Notes under the pieces: generated by a model
What the model was told of the DNA's origin: nothing
What the model saw: the letters and a program-made list of their open reading frames with translations, nothing else
The model's database searches: none
Shown here: positions 1 through 8,596 of the stretch, in pieces
How positions within the stretch are numbered: the first letter of the stretch is position 1
How the letters are laid out: every line of letters begins with the position of its first letter
Position numbers and translations under genes: made by a program
From: Candidatus Poseidoniaceae archaeon
GTDB lineage: Archaea; Thermoplasmatota; Poseidoniia; Poseidoniales; Poseidoniaceae
Assembly: GCA_013329355.1 (NCBI GenBank)
Contig: DUKK01000074.1
Span: 1 to 14,054 of the forward strand
Direction: 5' to 3'
Length of the DNA: 14,054 nt

Positions 1-786
1 GAAAATTTTTCCAACGGAGAAAATATATTTTCAAAGGGTTCGGTTATGTCACCGGAAAAAATATCACTTTGTGCAGCTGCAGGCGTAGCTGAATTAGTTG
101 TCTACAAAAAACTGAGAATCGCAGTGATATCAACAGGCGACGAGCTACAAAATTTGGGCGAAGAGTTAACTTTTGGGCAGATTTACGAATCTAATTCATA
201 TGGTCTCAAATCATTAATTGAGATATACGGCCATGAGGCGACTAGGATCCCTTATGTTATTGACGATATTGAGGTTTTGCGCGATTCACTAAACCGGGCA
301 GCAGCAGAATTTGACTGTATCATAACCTCTGGTGGGGTTTCAATGGGCGAACGAGATTTTGTCCGAATTCTCATGGAACAGGAGGGCGACATAAAATTCT
401 GGAGAGTAAAAATGCGCCCAGGTTCGCCGCCAATATTTGGTTTTTGGAACGATACGCCAATATTTGGCTTACCAGGAAACCCGGTAAGCAGTCACGTAGT
501 TTTCCGTGCGATAGTTGGTAAATGGCTAACATCTTTGACAGACTCATTAGATTACAATAGCAAATACGTTAACGCAGTAATAGCTGAAGATATCAAAACT
601 CAGCCAGATTTTACTACATATAGAAGAGTAGAATTATTCGAGGAAGGGGGAGTTACCTACGCACGGTTACAAGGTCATCAGGGGTCCGGTAACATAGCAG
701 GAATTGCTTTGAGTGACGGCCTTACGGTACTACTTCCGGAACAAAATGGTCGTAAAGGCGAAGTATGTAGGATTCTTTTATTGTAG
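1..786 (+). CDS. moeA: Molybdopterin molybdenumtransferase MoeA, C-terminal ~260 aa (5'-truncated by window edge)
   Basis: Frame 1 is open from base 1 (ENFSNGENIFSKGSV precedes the listed ATG at 46), so the gene begins upstream of the window. MoeA domain III/IV motifs are present: RIAVISTGDEL, TSGGVSMGERDF, PIFGLPGNPVSS. Stop TAG 784-786. Confidence 0.8.
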   Translation, partial: ENFSNGENIFSKGSVMSPEKISLCAAAGVAELVVYKKLRIAVISTGDELQNLGEELTFGQIYESNSYGLKSLIEIYGHEATRIPYVIDDIEVLRDSLNRAAAEFDCIITSGGVSMGERDFVRILMEQEGDIKFWRVKMRPGSPPIFGFWNDTPIFGLPGNPVSSHVVFRAIVGKWLTSLTDSLDYNSKYVNAVIAEDIKTQPDFTTYRRVELFEEGGVTYARLQGHQGSGNIAGIALSDGLTVLLPEQNGRKGEVCRILLL

Positions 787-790
787 GTGA
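785..790 (+). promoter_or_regulatory. Shine-Dalgarno-like AGGTGA, 4 nt upstream of GTG start at 795
   Basis: AGGTGA overlaps the moeA stop codon. Spacer is TTAT, then GTG. This suggests translational coupling of the two genes. Confidence 0.45.
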
Positions 791-794
791 TTAT

Positions 795-1667
795 GTGAAG
801 ATAATCGCCGATGTAGAGATCGAACTGTTGCCTTTTCTTCGGCAGAATTTTCCCGCATCATCTAGCAATAAACTACGCAAAATGCTGACAACAGGACGCG
901 TCAACGTGAATAATATAACGATCCACAAAGCAAAGCATAGTTTACGAAAAAACGATGTGGTTGAGATAAGTAAAAAATCATCAAAACCAAAAAAGGCATC
1001 AAATGAACTATCAATCAATAATCTCAAAATCGATTTGATTTATGAGGATGAAGCAATTCTGATTGTTGAAAAACCGCCAAAGGTACTTTCAGTAGCGACG
1101 GATAAGTTAGAGTCAAATACATTACATTCAAAGTGTGTTGATTATCTCAAGCAAGCGGATTCTAAGGGCTGGGCATACATCGTTCATAGACTAGACAAGG
1201 AGACCTCAGGAATAATGTTGCTAGCGAAACAAAAGGAGGCCAAAAACTATCTTCAACAGCAATTTGCCGAACGCTTAGTTTATCGAATCTATCATGCCCT
1301 AGTCGAGGGAATACCGAGTAAGAAATCAGGGACCATCACTCAGTTTCTTGTTGAGGATAAACATCTTAATATCAAACCTACATCAAAATCAAACAACAAT
1401 GCAAAAGAAGCAATAACTCACTGGGAAGTGCTCTCCTCTAGTAGTGAATCATCAATCGTCAGAGTTATGATTGAAACCGGGCGCCGTCACCAAATCAGGA
1501 TGGCTATGAAATCGCTTGGCCACCCAATTGTGGGAGATACACTGCACGGCGCGCTGACCGATCCATTCTCAAGAATCTGTTTACATGCAACTTCGTTAGA
1601 ATTTTTACACCCACAAACCGATGAACCGGTGAGGTTTGAATCAACCCAGCCTTTCACTTCACTATGA
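795..1667 (+). CDS. RluA-family (RluD/RluC-like) 23S rRNA pseudouridine synthase with N-terminal S4 RNA-binding domain
   Basis: GTG start. S4-like N-terminus (LLPFLRQNFPASSSNKLRKMLTTGRVNVNN). Catalytic-Asp motif HRLDKETSGIMLLAK. ETGRRHQIRMAM matches the TGRTHQIR motif. C-terminal LHATSLEFLHPQT is also family-typical. 290 aa, a normal length for the family. Confidence 0.85.
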   Translation: MKIIADVEIELLPFLRQNFPASSSNKLRKMLTTGRVNVNNITIHKAKHSLRKNDVVEISKKSSKPKKASNELSINNLKIDLIYEDEAILIVEKPPKVLSVATDKLESNTLHSKCVDYLKQADSKGWAYIVHRLDKETSGIMLLAKQKEAKNYLQQQFAERLVYRIYHALVEGIPSKKSGTITQFLVEDKHLNIKPTSKSNNNAKEAITHWEVLSSSSESSIVRVMIETGRRHQIRMAMKSLGHPIVGDTLHGALTDPFSRICLHATSLEFLHPQTDEPVRFESTQPFTSL

Positions 1668-1724
1668 ACCCAACCACTAATTCAAATAGAGGACTTATTG
1701 AACTCTTGACATCCAATTGTGATT

Positions 1725-1732
1725 AGGTGGAG
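1725..1732 (+). promoter_or_regulatory. Shine-Dalgarno AGGTGGAG upstream of uvrA ATG 1736
   Basis: Strong anti-16S complementarity 3-6 nt before ATG 1736. The GTG at 1727 used by the ORF track lies inside this motif, which favours 1736 as the start. Confidence 0.5.
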
Positions 1733-1735
1733 ACC

Positions 1736-4666
1736 ATGGGTGACGATCAGGACTGGATTACGGTACGCGGAGCCCGTACTCATAACCTAAAGAATATCGA
1801 TGTAAAACTCCCACGTGGCAAATTCGTTGTAGTATCAGGGGTTTCTGGTTCAGGGAAATCCAGTCTTGCTTTTGATACCCTCTACGCAGAGGGTCAACGA
1901 CGCTATGTCGAAAGCTTGTCATCCTATGCTAGACAGTTTATCGGGCAGATGAAAAAAGCCGATTGTGATGGCATTGAGGGCTTATCTCCTGCAATCTCAA
2001 TAGATCAGAAGCAGGGCAGCCACAACCCGCGCTCCACGGTGGCAACAGTGACAGAAATCCAGGATTATCTTCGATTGCTCTGGGCAAGAATAGGCAAACC
2101 CCATTGTCCAACATGTGGAGTTGAGGTTGCTAGGCGGACAGTCCAGGAGATTGTAGACGATATACTATGGAATCTTGAGGAACATACAGTTGCAGTATGG
2201 TCGCCCGTGATTAGAGCTAGAAAGGGAACGCATCAAGACCTGTTTCGTCAGTTATTCGAGCAAGGCTTTCTCAACGGCAAGGTGAATGGGCATGATGCTG
2301 AATTTGAAAACCCTCCCCAATTGGATAAAAATTTCCGTCACGATATCGATGTAAGAATAGATCGGTTTGTGTGTCGTAGGAAAGCTAGACAGCGACTTAC
2401 AGAAGCAGTCGAATCTGCACTACGATTGGGCGGAGGAGCGCTTGCAATCGAATCATTAAAGGAGCCGTCAGAGAATTTACCACTACCAAGCGGTAGCAAA
2501 TCTAGAGAAAACAAAGTTGGAGAAATTATCTCATGGTCAGAGGACTTTGCCTGCCCTGAACACGGGGCATTTATGCCGGAACTTTCTCCCCGAGTATTCT
2601 CTTTTAACTCTCCACTTGGCGCCTGTAGCAGTTGTCAAGGACTTGGAGTACAACGACAATTCAACACAGAACTGGTCGTTGACTATGAATTATCGATAAA
2701 CAATGGCTGTGTTAGACCGTGGAAACGATCAATGTCCCCTTCATGGTATCGAAGGTTACTAGAACAGGTGGCAGACTACTACAATATCCCTATCCACGTT
2801 CCGTTCAAACTACTGTCGGATGACGAACAGGACATTTTGCTGTATGGTTCAGGCTCTACTGTAATTAATTTCCATTTCGAATCAGACAACGGTTCGGTTT
2901 ACAAAATGAACCGGCCCTGGGAGGGCATCATACCCCGCTTAGAGAAAACCTATACAGAGACCTCATCTGATAGAACCCGGAATCGATTGATTAATTGCAT
3001 GACTGATCTCCCATGTCCTGATTGTAATGGTGAAAAATTGAATGCAGCAGCAAGACACGTAACCGTCGGCGGCATCCGTTTGCCAGAGGTTTCTTCATGC
3101 TCGATACATGACAGCCTTGAGGTAGTTAGGTCATGGCGCCCGGAACACGAACGCGGACCGCCGGAAGAATTCGCTGATCAAGTTGAAATTCTCGATGAGA
3201 AGAGCTTATTCATCGGCAATGAAATACTAAAAGAAATCGAGAGCAGACTAGACTTTCTCAACAGTGTTGGCCTTGATTACCTAACATTAGATCGAAAAGC
3301 CAACACGTTATCAGGCGGCGAAAGTCAACGGATAAGACTGGCAACTCAGATAGGGAGCAGGTTGACCGGCGTGATGTATGTTCTAGATGAACCATCAATC
3401 GGGCTACATCAGCGTGATAACACCCGGCTGCTGACAACACTCAGAGAATTGAGCGATTTGGGTAATACGTTAATTGTTGTAGAGCATGATGAGGATACAA
3501 TTCGGCAAGCTGATTGGCTGTGCGACCTTGGACCGGGAGCGGGTCTAGAGGGTGGAGTAGTAGTTGCTAACGGACCGCCTGAAGAGGCAATGAATAATGA
3601 CGAGTCGGTAACCGGAGCTTATCTTAGCGGTAAGAAAACCATCGCTATACCAGAAAAGCGAAAGAGACCAACAAAAGATAAGATTAAAATTAAAGGCGCC
3701 CAACATAATAACCTACAATCAGTCAACGTAGACTTTCCATTGGGCTGCATGACTGCGGTTTGCGGGGTTTCTGGGTCTGGTAAATCATCACTAGTGTCTG
3801 GGATTCTAGCCCCTGCTCTACAACGTGCATTACACAATGCCGACACAACTCCAGGCAAATACAAGAGCATCGAAGGTATTGACAAAATTGATAAAACCAT
3901 CATTATAGATCAATCACCAATTGGAAGAACTCCTCGCTCCAACCCAGCAACCTATACCAAGGTCTTTGATGAAATAAGGAAATTATTTTCGCAGACGACG
4001 TTATCCAAAGAACGAGGTTACACTCCCGGGCACTTCAGTTTTAATGTAAAGGGCGGCAGATGTGAAGCATGTAGCGGCGCGGGCTCAATTAAACTGGAAA
4101 TGAACTTCTTACCAGATGTTTGGATTACTTGTGATGTTTGCAACGGGATGCGCTACACCCGGGAGTGTCTTGAGGTGACATGGAAGGGGAAGACCATCCA
4201 TGATGTTCTAGAAATGCCAATTGGCGAGGCGGTAAAATTCTTCGAAAATCACAAAAAGATCCACCGAACCCTTGACACTCTCAGAGCCGTAGGTCTTTCT
4301 TATGTGAGATTAGGCCAACCCGCTACTACTCTATCTGGTGGTGAAGCGCAACGGGTAAAGTTAGCTAGCGAACTACGCCGACCACCCAATAAACACACAG
4401 TTTACATCCTTGATGAGCCGACAACGGGATTAGCATTATCAGATGTTCAAATGTTAATCGACGTATTACTAGAATTACGTGGCAAAGGACATACCGTAAT
4501 AGTGATTGAACACCACTTAGATGTGATAAAATCCAGTGATTGGGTTATCGATTTAGGTCCGGAAGGTGGAGACCGCGGAGGCCAATTGATCGCTTACGGA
4601 CCGCCAGAGAAAATCGCTAAAAATGAGCATAGTTTTACCGGACAATATCTCAAAAATATGTTGTGA
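1736..4666 (+). CDS. uvrA: Excinuclease ABC subunit A (UvrA), 976 aa
   Basis: N-terminus [15 protein letters not shown]. Two Walker A motifs (GVSGSGKSS, twice). Two ABC signatures ([16 protein letters not shown]). Walker B motifs [11 protein letters not shown] and [10 protein letters not shown]. Zinc modules [22 protein letters not shown] and CEACSGAG...CDVCNG. Confidence 0.95.
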   Translation: MGDDQDWITVRGARTHNLKNIDVKLPRGKFVVVSGVSGSGKSSLAFDTLYAEGQRRYVESLSSYARQFIGQMKKADCDGIEGLSPAISIDQKQGSHNPRSTVATVTEIQDYLRLLWARIGKPHCPTCGVEVARRTVQEIVDDILWNLEEHTVAVWSPVIRARKGTHQDLFRQLFEQGFLNGKVNGHDAEFENPPQLDKNFRHDIDVRIDRFVCRRKARQRLTEAVESALRLGGGALAIESLKEPSENLPLPSGSKSRENKVGEIISWSEDFACPEHGAFMPELSPRVFSFNSPLGACSSCQGLGVQRQFNTELVVDYELSINNGCVRPWKRSMSPSWYRRLLEQVADYYNIPIHVPFKLLSDDEQDILLYGSGSTVINFHFESDNGSVYKMNRPWEGIIPRLEKTYTETSSDRTRNRLINCMTDLPCPDCNGEKLNAAARHVTVGGIRLPEVSSCSIHDSLEVVRSWRPEHERGPPEEFADQVEILDEKSLFIGNEILKEIESRLDFLNSVGLDYLTLDRKANTLSGGESQRIRLATQIGSRLTGVMYVLDEPSIGLHQRDNTRLLTTLRELSDLGNTLIVVEHDEDTIRQADWLCDLGPGAGLEGGVVVANGPPEEAMNNDESVTGAYLSGKKTIAIPEKRKRPTKDKIKIKGAQHNNLQSVNVDFPLGCMTAVCGVSGSGKSSLVSGILAPALQRALHNADTTPGKYKSIEGIDKIDKTIIIDQSPIGRTPRSNPATYTKVFDEIRKLFSQTTLSKERGYTPGHFSFNVKGGRCEACSGAGSIKLEMNFLPDVWITCDVCNGMRYTRECLEVTWKGKTIHDVLEMPIGEAVKFFENHKKIHRTLDTLRAVGLSYVRLGQPATTLSGGEAQRVKLASELRRPPNKHTVYILDEPTTGLALSDVQMLIDVLLELRGKGHTVIVIEHHLDVIKSSDWVIDLGPEGGDRGGQLIAYGPPEKIAKNEHSFTGQYLKNML

Positions 4667-4731
4667 CATTCATCCGTATTGTTCAAAGAGCGTATGCGCC
4701 GCCACCAATATGACCCCGGCGGGCTTATACT

Positions 4732-7700
4732 ATGCAAATAACAAGAGTCGAGACTACTCCTAGGTCTGGTGATGGTCTTAGAGATGTCAGAGGAGATGTT
4801 GTCAGACGACATCTTTCAGCCGATTACGGCATACAATTGACCGCAGTTAGGAGCATAGTTGGGTTCTTAATCAGCTCAGACATCGCGCCAGAGCGAATAA
4901 GCCAAAGGGCTGACGATTTATTTGCTGACCCAATTATTGAATATTCTCTAACCAATCAAACTTTTTTGCAATCAAAAGATATCTTCACTGAGTTGCCAGA
5001 TGCAGTAGTTTCCGTAGGCTTCAAACCAGGAGTCACCGATAACCCAGGGAAGGCTGCATTAGACGGATTCAGAACTATATTTCCCGATGCCCACCAAGAA
5101 TCAGATATATCTACCTACATAACCTACTCTTTCTATGGTTTGGACGGCCAAACAACGCCAGAATTCATCGCTGCGAATCTCTATAACAATCTGATTGAAA
5201 GGGCTGAAATTTCTACAGCAGAAATGTGTCAAAACGGCGAGTGGCCGATGATCGATTATCCAATAAGACCGCCACAGGAATTTAAACAACCAGCTCATAT
5301 CGATCTAGAAATTGCAGACAATGAATTAATCGAGATTTCCGAAACGGGATTACTAGCTTTAAATTTAACAGAAATGCAGGCAATTCAAACCCACTATCGT
5401 AACGATTCAGTTCGTAACGCACGCCGTGCAATAGGTATTGTTGAGGATCGGCCAACTGATGTAGAATTGGAGTGTTTAGCTCAGACCTGGAGTGAGCACT
5501 GCAAACACAAAATCTTCGCGTCAAAAATACACCATAAGGACCTAGAAACCGGTGAAGAGTCAACAGTAGATTCAATCTTCAAGACTCACATTATGAATCC
5601 AACGCATGATATGCAGAAAGAAGTTGACTGGTTGTTATCGGTATTCCATGACAATTCAGGAGTAATCGCTTGGGATGATGAATGGAGTGTCTGCATGAAA
5701 GCCGAGACTCATAATTCCCCATCAGCACTTGATCCATACGGCGGCGCCATGACGGGAATAGTCGGCGTTAATCGTGACATTCTTGGCACCGGTTTAGGTG
5801 CAAGGCCGATAGCTAACACGGACGTGTTTTGCTTTGGCCCGCCAGATTGGCAAGGCGATATTCCGGATAACTTATTTCACCCATCTAGAGTGCTTAGAGG
5901 AGTCCATTCTGGGGTTCGCGTTGGCGGCAACGAATCAGGCATACCAACAATTAACGGTGCTATTGTGTTCGATGAAAGATATCTTGGCAAGCCTTTGGTG
6001 TATTGTGGTACGGTGGGGCTGATGCCTAGGAAATTGCCCGATGGTCGAGAATCACACGTCAAGACTCCTACTGCTGGTGATATAGTATACATGGTTGGCG
6101 GCAGAGTAGGCTACGACGGGATACATGGAGCGACCTTTTCATCATTAGAGTTGACCGAGGAATCGCCATCGAGCGCCGTGCAGATAGGTGACCCGATCAC
6201 TCAAAAGAAAATGGTTGACATGCTATTGGAAGCACGTGATGCCGGATTAATCACTTGTATCACCGACAATGGTGCAGGAGGGCTGTCATCATCTATTGGT
6301 GAGATGGCCGAGTATACCAACGGTTGTCGAATTGACTTGGCCAAGGTGCCACTTAAACAACCAGGTTTATCGCCATGGGAAATACTGGTTTCTGAGAGTC
6401 AAGAAAGAATGACAGTTGCCATCAAGTCGGAAGATATTGCGGAATTTGAGCATCTTGCGGCATTGCATGAAGTAGAGGCCACAGCAGTTGCTGAATTCAC
6501 TTCTACGGGCATGTTTCATGTCCAGTTTAATGATGCAACAGTTGCTTACCTACCGATTGAGTTTTTGCACGATGGAGTGCCGCAGTTAGAACTTGAATCC
6601 GAATGGAGCCCACCACAACATGAACCATTTATTGCTCCTGCAGAATACGATCACAATCAGATATTACTTGATTTGTTAGCGAGGCCTAATATCGCTAGTA
6701 AAGAGACCTGGGTTCGACAATACGACCACGAAGTAATAGCTCAGACCGCAGTTAAGCCGTTTGTTGGCGTTGAACGCGACGGACCAGCAGATGCCGGAGT
6801 AATAGCTCCGATCTATGGTAACCCACGCGGCTTGGTTGTCTCATGCGGTATAGCGCCACGCTACTCGGATATCGATGCTGGAGCGATGGCAGCTGCAGCA
6901 ATCGACGAAGCGGTAAGAAATGCAGTTTGTGTAGGAGTCAACGTCGATAAGATTGCCGGCTTGGATAATTTCTGCTGGCCAGACCCAATCCAATCAGAAA
7001 AAACCCCTGACGGTAAGTTCAAACTCGCTCAATTAGTCAGAGCGAATCGAGAACTAGAGCGAGTATGCCGGGCATATCGTCTGCCTTGTGTTAGTGGTAA
7101 GGATTCTATGAAGAATGATTATGGTAAAGGTCCGAATAAGATATCGATACCACCAACTCTGTTGTTCTCTCTATTCGGCGATCATCCAGATGTCAGGAAT
7201 ACCGCAACTAGCGACTTCAAGCATTCAGGCGACAAGGTGTATCTCGTTGGCGAATCGTTTGACGAATTAGGGGCGTCGGAGGTTTCTTTCATGCTGCGTG
7301 AAAGCAGCAAAGCCAGAGGAATTGGCGGAAAAGTCCCCTCTTTATCGAATCCAGAGAAACTTTTCAATTCATATCGTTTACTTAGTTCTTCAATTAATAG
7401 CGGATTAGTAAAAACCGCCCATGACTGCTCAGAGGGAGGGATTGGAATCACCCTTGCTGAGATGTGTATCGGCGGTAGAATTGGTGCAACAATTGACCTC
7501 GACGGCACCGGAGACTGCCCGCTTTGGTCAAAGCTGTGGGGAGAATCTCTCGGCAGAATAGTAGTTGCAGTATCACCACAAAACGAGGCTGCATTTTTGC
7601 AGAGCATGTCAGGTTGTATAACGACTTATCTAGGCGTTGTGGAGGATTCAGATACGCTCACTATTTCAGATGGTTTTGAGCCATTAGTCTCCATTAGGAT

Positions 7701-7758
7701 ACCTGAATTAGTGCAATCATGGCAAGGAACTTTGGATATGAATGGGGGCGAATTATGA
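4732..7758 (+). CDS. purL: Phosphoribosylformylglycinamidine (FGAM) synthase, PurS-PurS-PurL fusion (PurSL), 1008 aa
   Basis: The PurL core starts near aa 190 (linker LALNLTEMQAIQTHY; WSEHCKHKIF; KAETHNSPSALDPYGGAMTG; GARPIA; ITDNGAGGLSSS; ESQERM; VSGKDSM). The preceding ~190 aa form two PurS-like repeats (RDVRGDVVRRHL...DLFADPIIEY and GFKPGVTDNPGKAALDGF...NLYNNLIERAEI). Stop TGA 7756-7758. Confidence 0.9.
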   Translation: MQITRVETTPRSGDGLRDVRGDVVRRHLSADYGIQLTAVRSIVGFLISSDIAPERISQRADDLFADPIIEYSLTNQTFLQSKDIFTELPDAVVSVGFKPGVTDNPGKAALDGFRTIFPDAHQESDISTYITYSFYGLDGQTTPEFIAANLYNNLIERAEISTAEMCQNGEWPMIDYPIRPPQEFKQPAHIDLEIADNELIEISETGLLALNLTEMQAIQTHYRNDSVRNARRAIGIVEDRPTDVELECLAQTWSEHCKHKIFASKIHHKDLETGEESTVDSIFKTHIMNPTHDMQKEVDWLLSVFHDNSGVIAWDDEWSVCMKAETHNSPSALDPYGGAMTGIVGVNRDILGTGLGARPIANTDVFCFGPPDWQGDIPDNLFHPSRVLRGVHSGVRVGGNESGIPTINGAIVFDERYLGKPLVYCGTVGLMPRKLPDGRESHVKTPTAGDIVYMVGGRVGYDGIHGATFSSLELTEESPSSAVQIGDPITQKKMVDMLLEARDAGLITCITDNGAGGLSSSIGEMAEYTNGCRIDLAKVPLKQPGLSPWEILVSESQERMTVAIKSEDIAEFEHLAALHEVEATAVAEFTSTGMFHVQFNDATVAYLPIEFLHDGVPQLELESEWSPPQHEPFIAPAEYDHNQILLDLLARPNIASKETWVRQYDHEVIAQTAVKPFVGVERDGPADAGVIAPIYGNPRGLVVSCGIAPRYSDIDAGAMAAAAIDEAVRNAVCVGVNVDKIAGLDNFCWPDPIQSEKTPDGKFKLAQLVRANRELERVCRAYRLPCVSGKDSMKNDYGKGPNKISIPPTLLFSLFGDHPDVRNTATSDFKHSGDKVYLVGESFDELGASEVSFMLRESSKARGIGGKVPSLSNPEKLFNSYRLLSSSINSGLVKTAHDCSEGGIGITLAEMCIGGRIGATIDLDGTGDCPLWSKLWGESLGRIVVAVSPQNEAAFLQSMSGCITTYLGVVEDSDTLTISDGFEPLVSIRIPELVQSWQGTLDMNGGEL

Positions 7759-8591
7759 TGTATATCCCTAAAGTTGCGGTATTATTTGGCTTTGGAATTA
7801 ACTGCGATCATGAGACAGCAGCGGTGTTTGATATGGTAGGTGGCAACTCTACTAGAGTACATCTTAATTCATTTATCTCGGGCTCGGATAGTTTAGACAA
7901 TTATGACATACTTGCGGTTCCGGGAGGATTTTCCTTCGGTGATCATTTGGGTAGTGGGCGACTCATGGGCAATCGAATGCGGTTTTCTCTCCGCGACGAG
8001 TTGACTAAGTTCATTGCTGCCGGTAAACCGATAATAGGAATCTGTAACGGTTTCCAAGTATTGGTTAAAACGGGATTACTACCTGGCCCGGGAGGCAATG
8101 TGCCAGACTTTGTTCAACGAGCGAGTTTAACATTAAATGATTCAGGAAGATATGAAGATCGCTGGGTTTCCTTAGAATTCAATCAATACAGCAACTGCAT
8201 TTGGACTAAAGGAATGAGCCGAATCGATTGTCCGGTGCGACACGGTGAAGGGAAATACGTTATGCCAGACCGTGAGAATCTGACAAAACTAGCTGCTAAT
8301 AATCAGATTGCAGTTCGCTACATTGATCCCGACAGCACAGATGCTGATCCAGATGTCGTATTACCATTCCCCAAATCACCCAACGGTAGTATGATGAATA
8401 TCGCTGGTATCTCAGATAACACTGGCTTAGTATTCGGCTTAATGCCGCATCCTGAGGCAATTTACGCACAATGGCTCCATCCTGATTACACCAGAGGAAC
8501 TGCACCAGTTACAGCTTCAGACATTGAATGGGAAGGACAGGGGCTGCAAATTTTTCGCAACGCAGTCGAATATGTAATTGCGAATAATTGA
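7755..8591 (+). CDS. purQ: FGAM synthase glutamine amidotransferase subunit PurQ (long form, 278 aa)
   Basis: ATG 7755-7757 overlaps the purL stop TGA 7756-7758 (ATGA coupling), and a GGGGG run lies 6 nt upstream. The ORF-track start at 7719 would overlap purL by 40 nt. Triad motifs: GICNGFQVL (Cys), HGEGK, LMPHPE. C-terminal LQIFRNA resembles the end of the large-PurL glutaminase domain. Confidence 0.9.
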   Translation: MMYIPKVAVLFGFGINCDHETAAVFDMVGGNSTRVHLNSFISGSDSLDNYDILAVPGGFSFGDHLGSGRLMGNRMRFSLRDELTKFIAAGKPIIGICNGFQVLVKTGLLPGPGGNVPDFVQRASLTLNDSGRYEDRWVSLEFNQYSNCIWTKGMSRIDCPVRHGEGKYVMPDRENLTKLAANNQIAVRYIDPDSTDADPDVVLPFPKSPNGSMMNIAGISDNTGLVFGLMPHPEAIYAQWLHPDYTRGTAPVTASDIEWEGQGLQIFRNAVEYVIANN

Positions 8592-8596
8592 TTGAA

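Noticed and set aside
429-467. Perfect 12-nt direct repeat GCCAATATTTGG (429-440 and 456-467) inside moeA
   Set aside because: It is in frame (27-nt offset) and encodes PIFG twice, at positions matching the conserved ...PG.P..fG......vfGLPGNP segment of MoeA. It is a coding-sequence coincidence or an old microduplication, not a repeat element.
1706-1711. Bacterial -35-like TTGACA upstream of uvrA
   Set aside because: No acceptable -10 hexamer occurs at 16-19 nt spacing (that position reads GGAGAC and overlaps the SD), so this is probably chance.
4699-4722. Possible terminator hairpin after uvrA (CCGCC...GGCGG)
   Set aside because: The stem is only 5 bp with a 14-nt loop, and no T-run follows. 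That is too weak to call.
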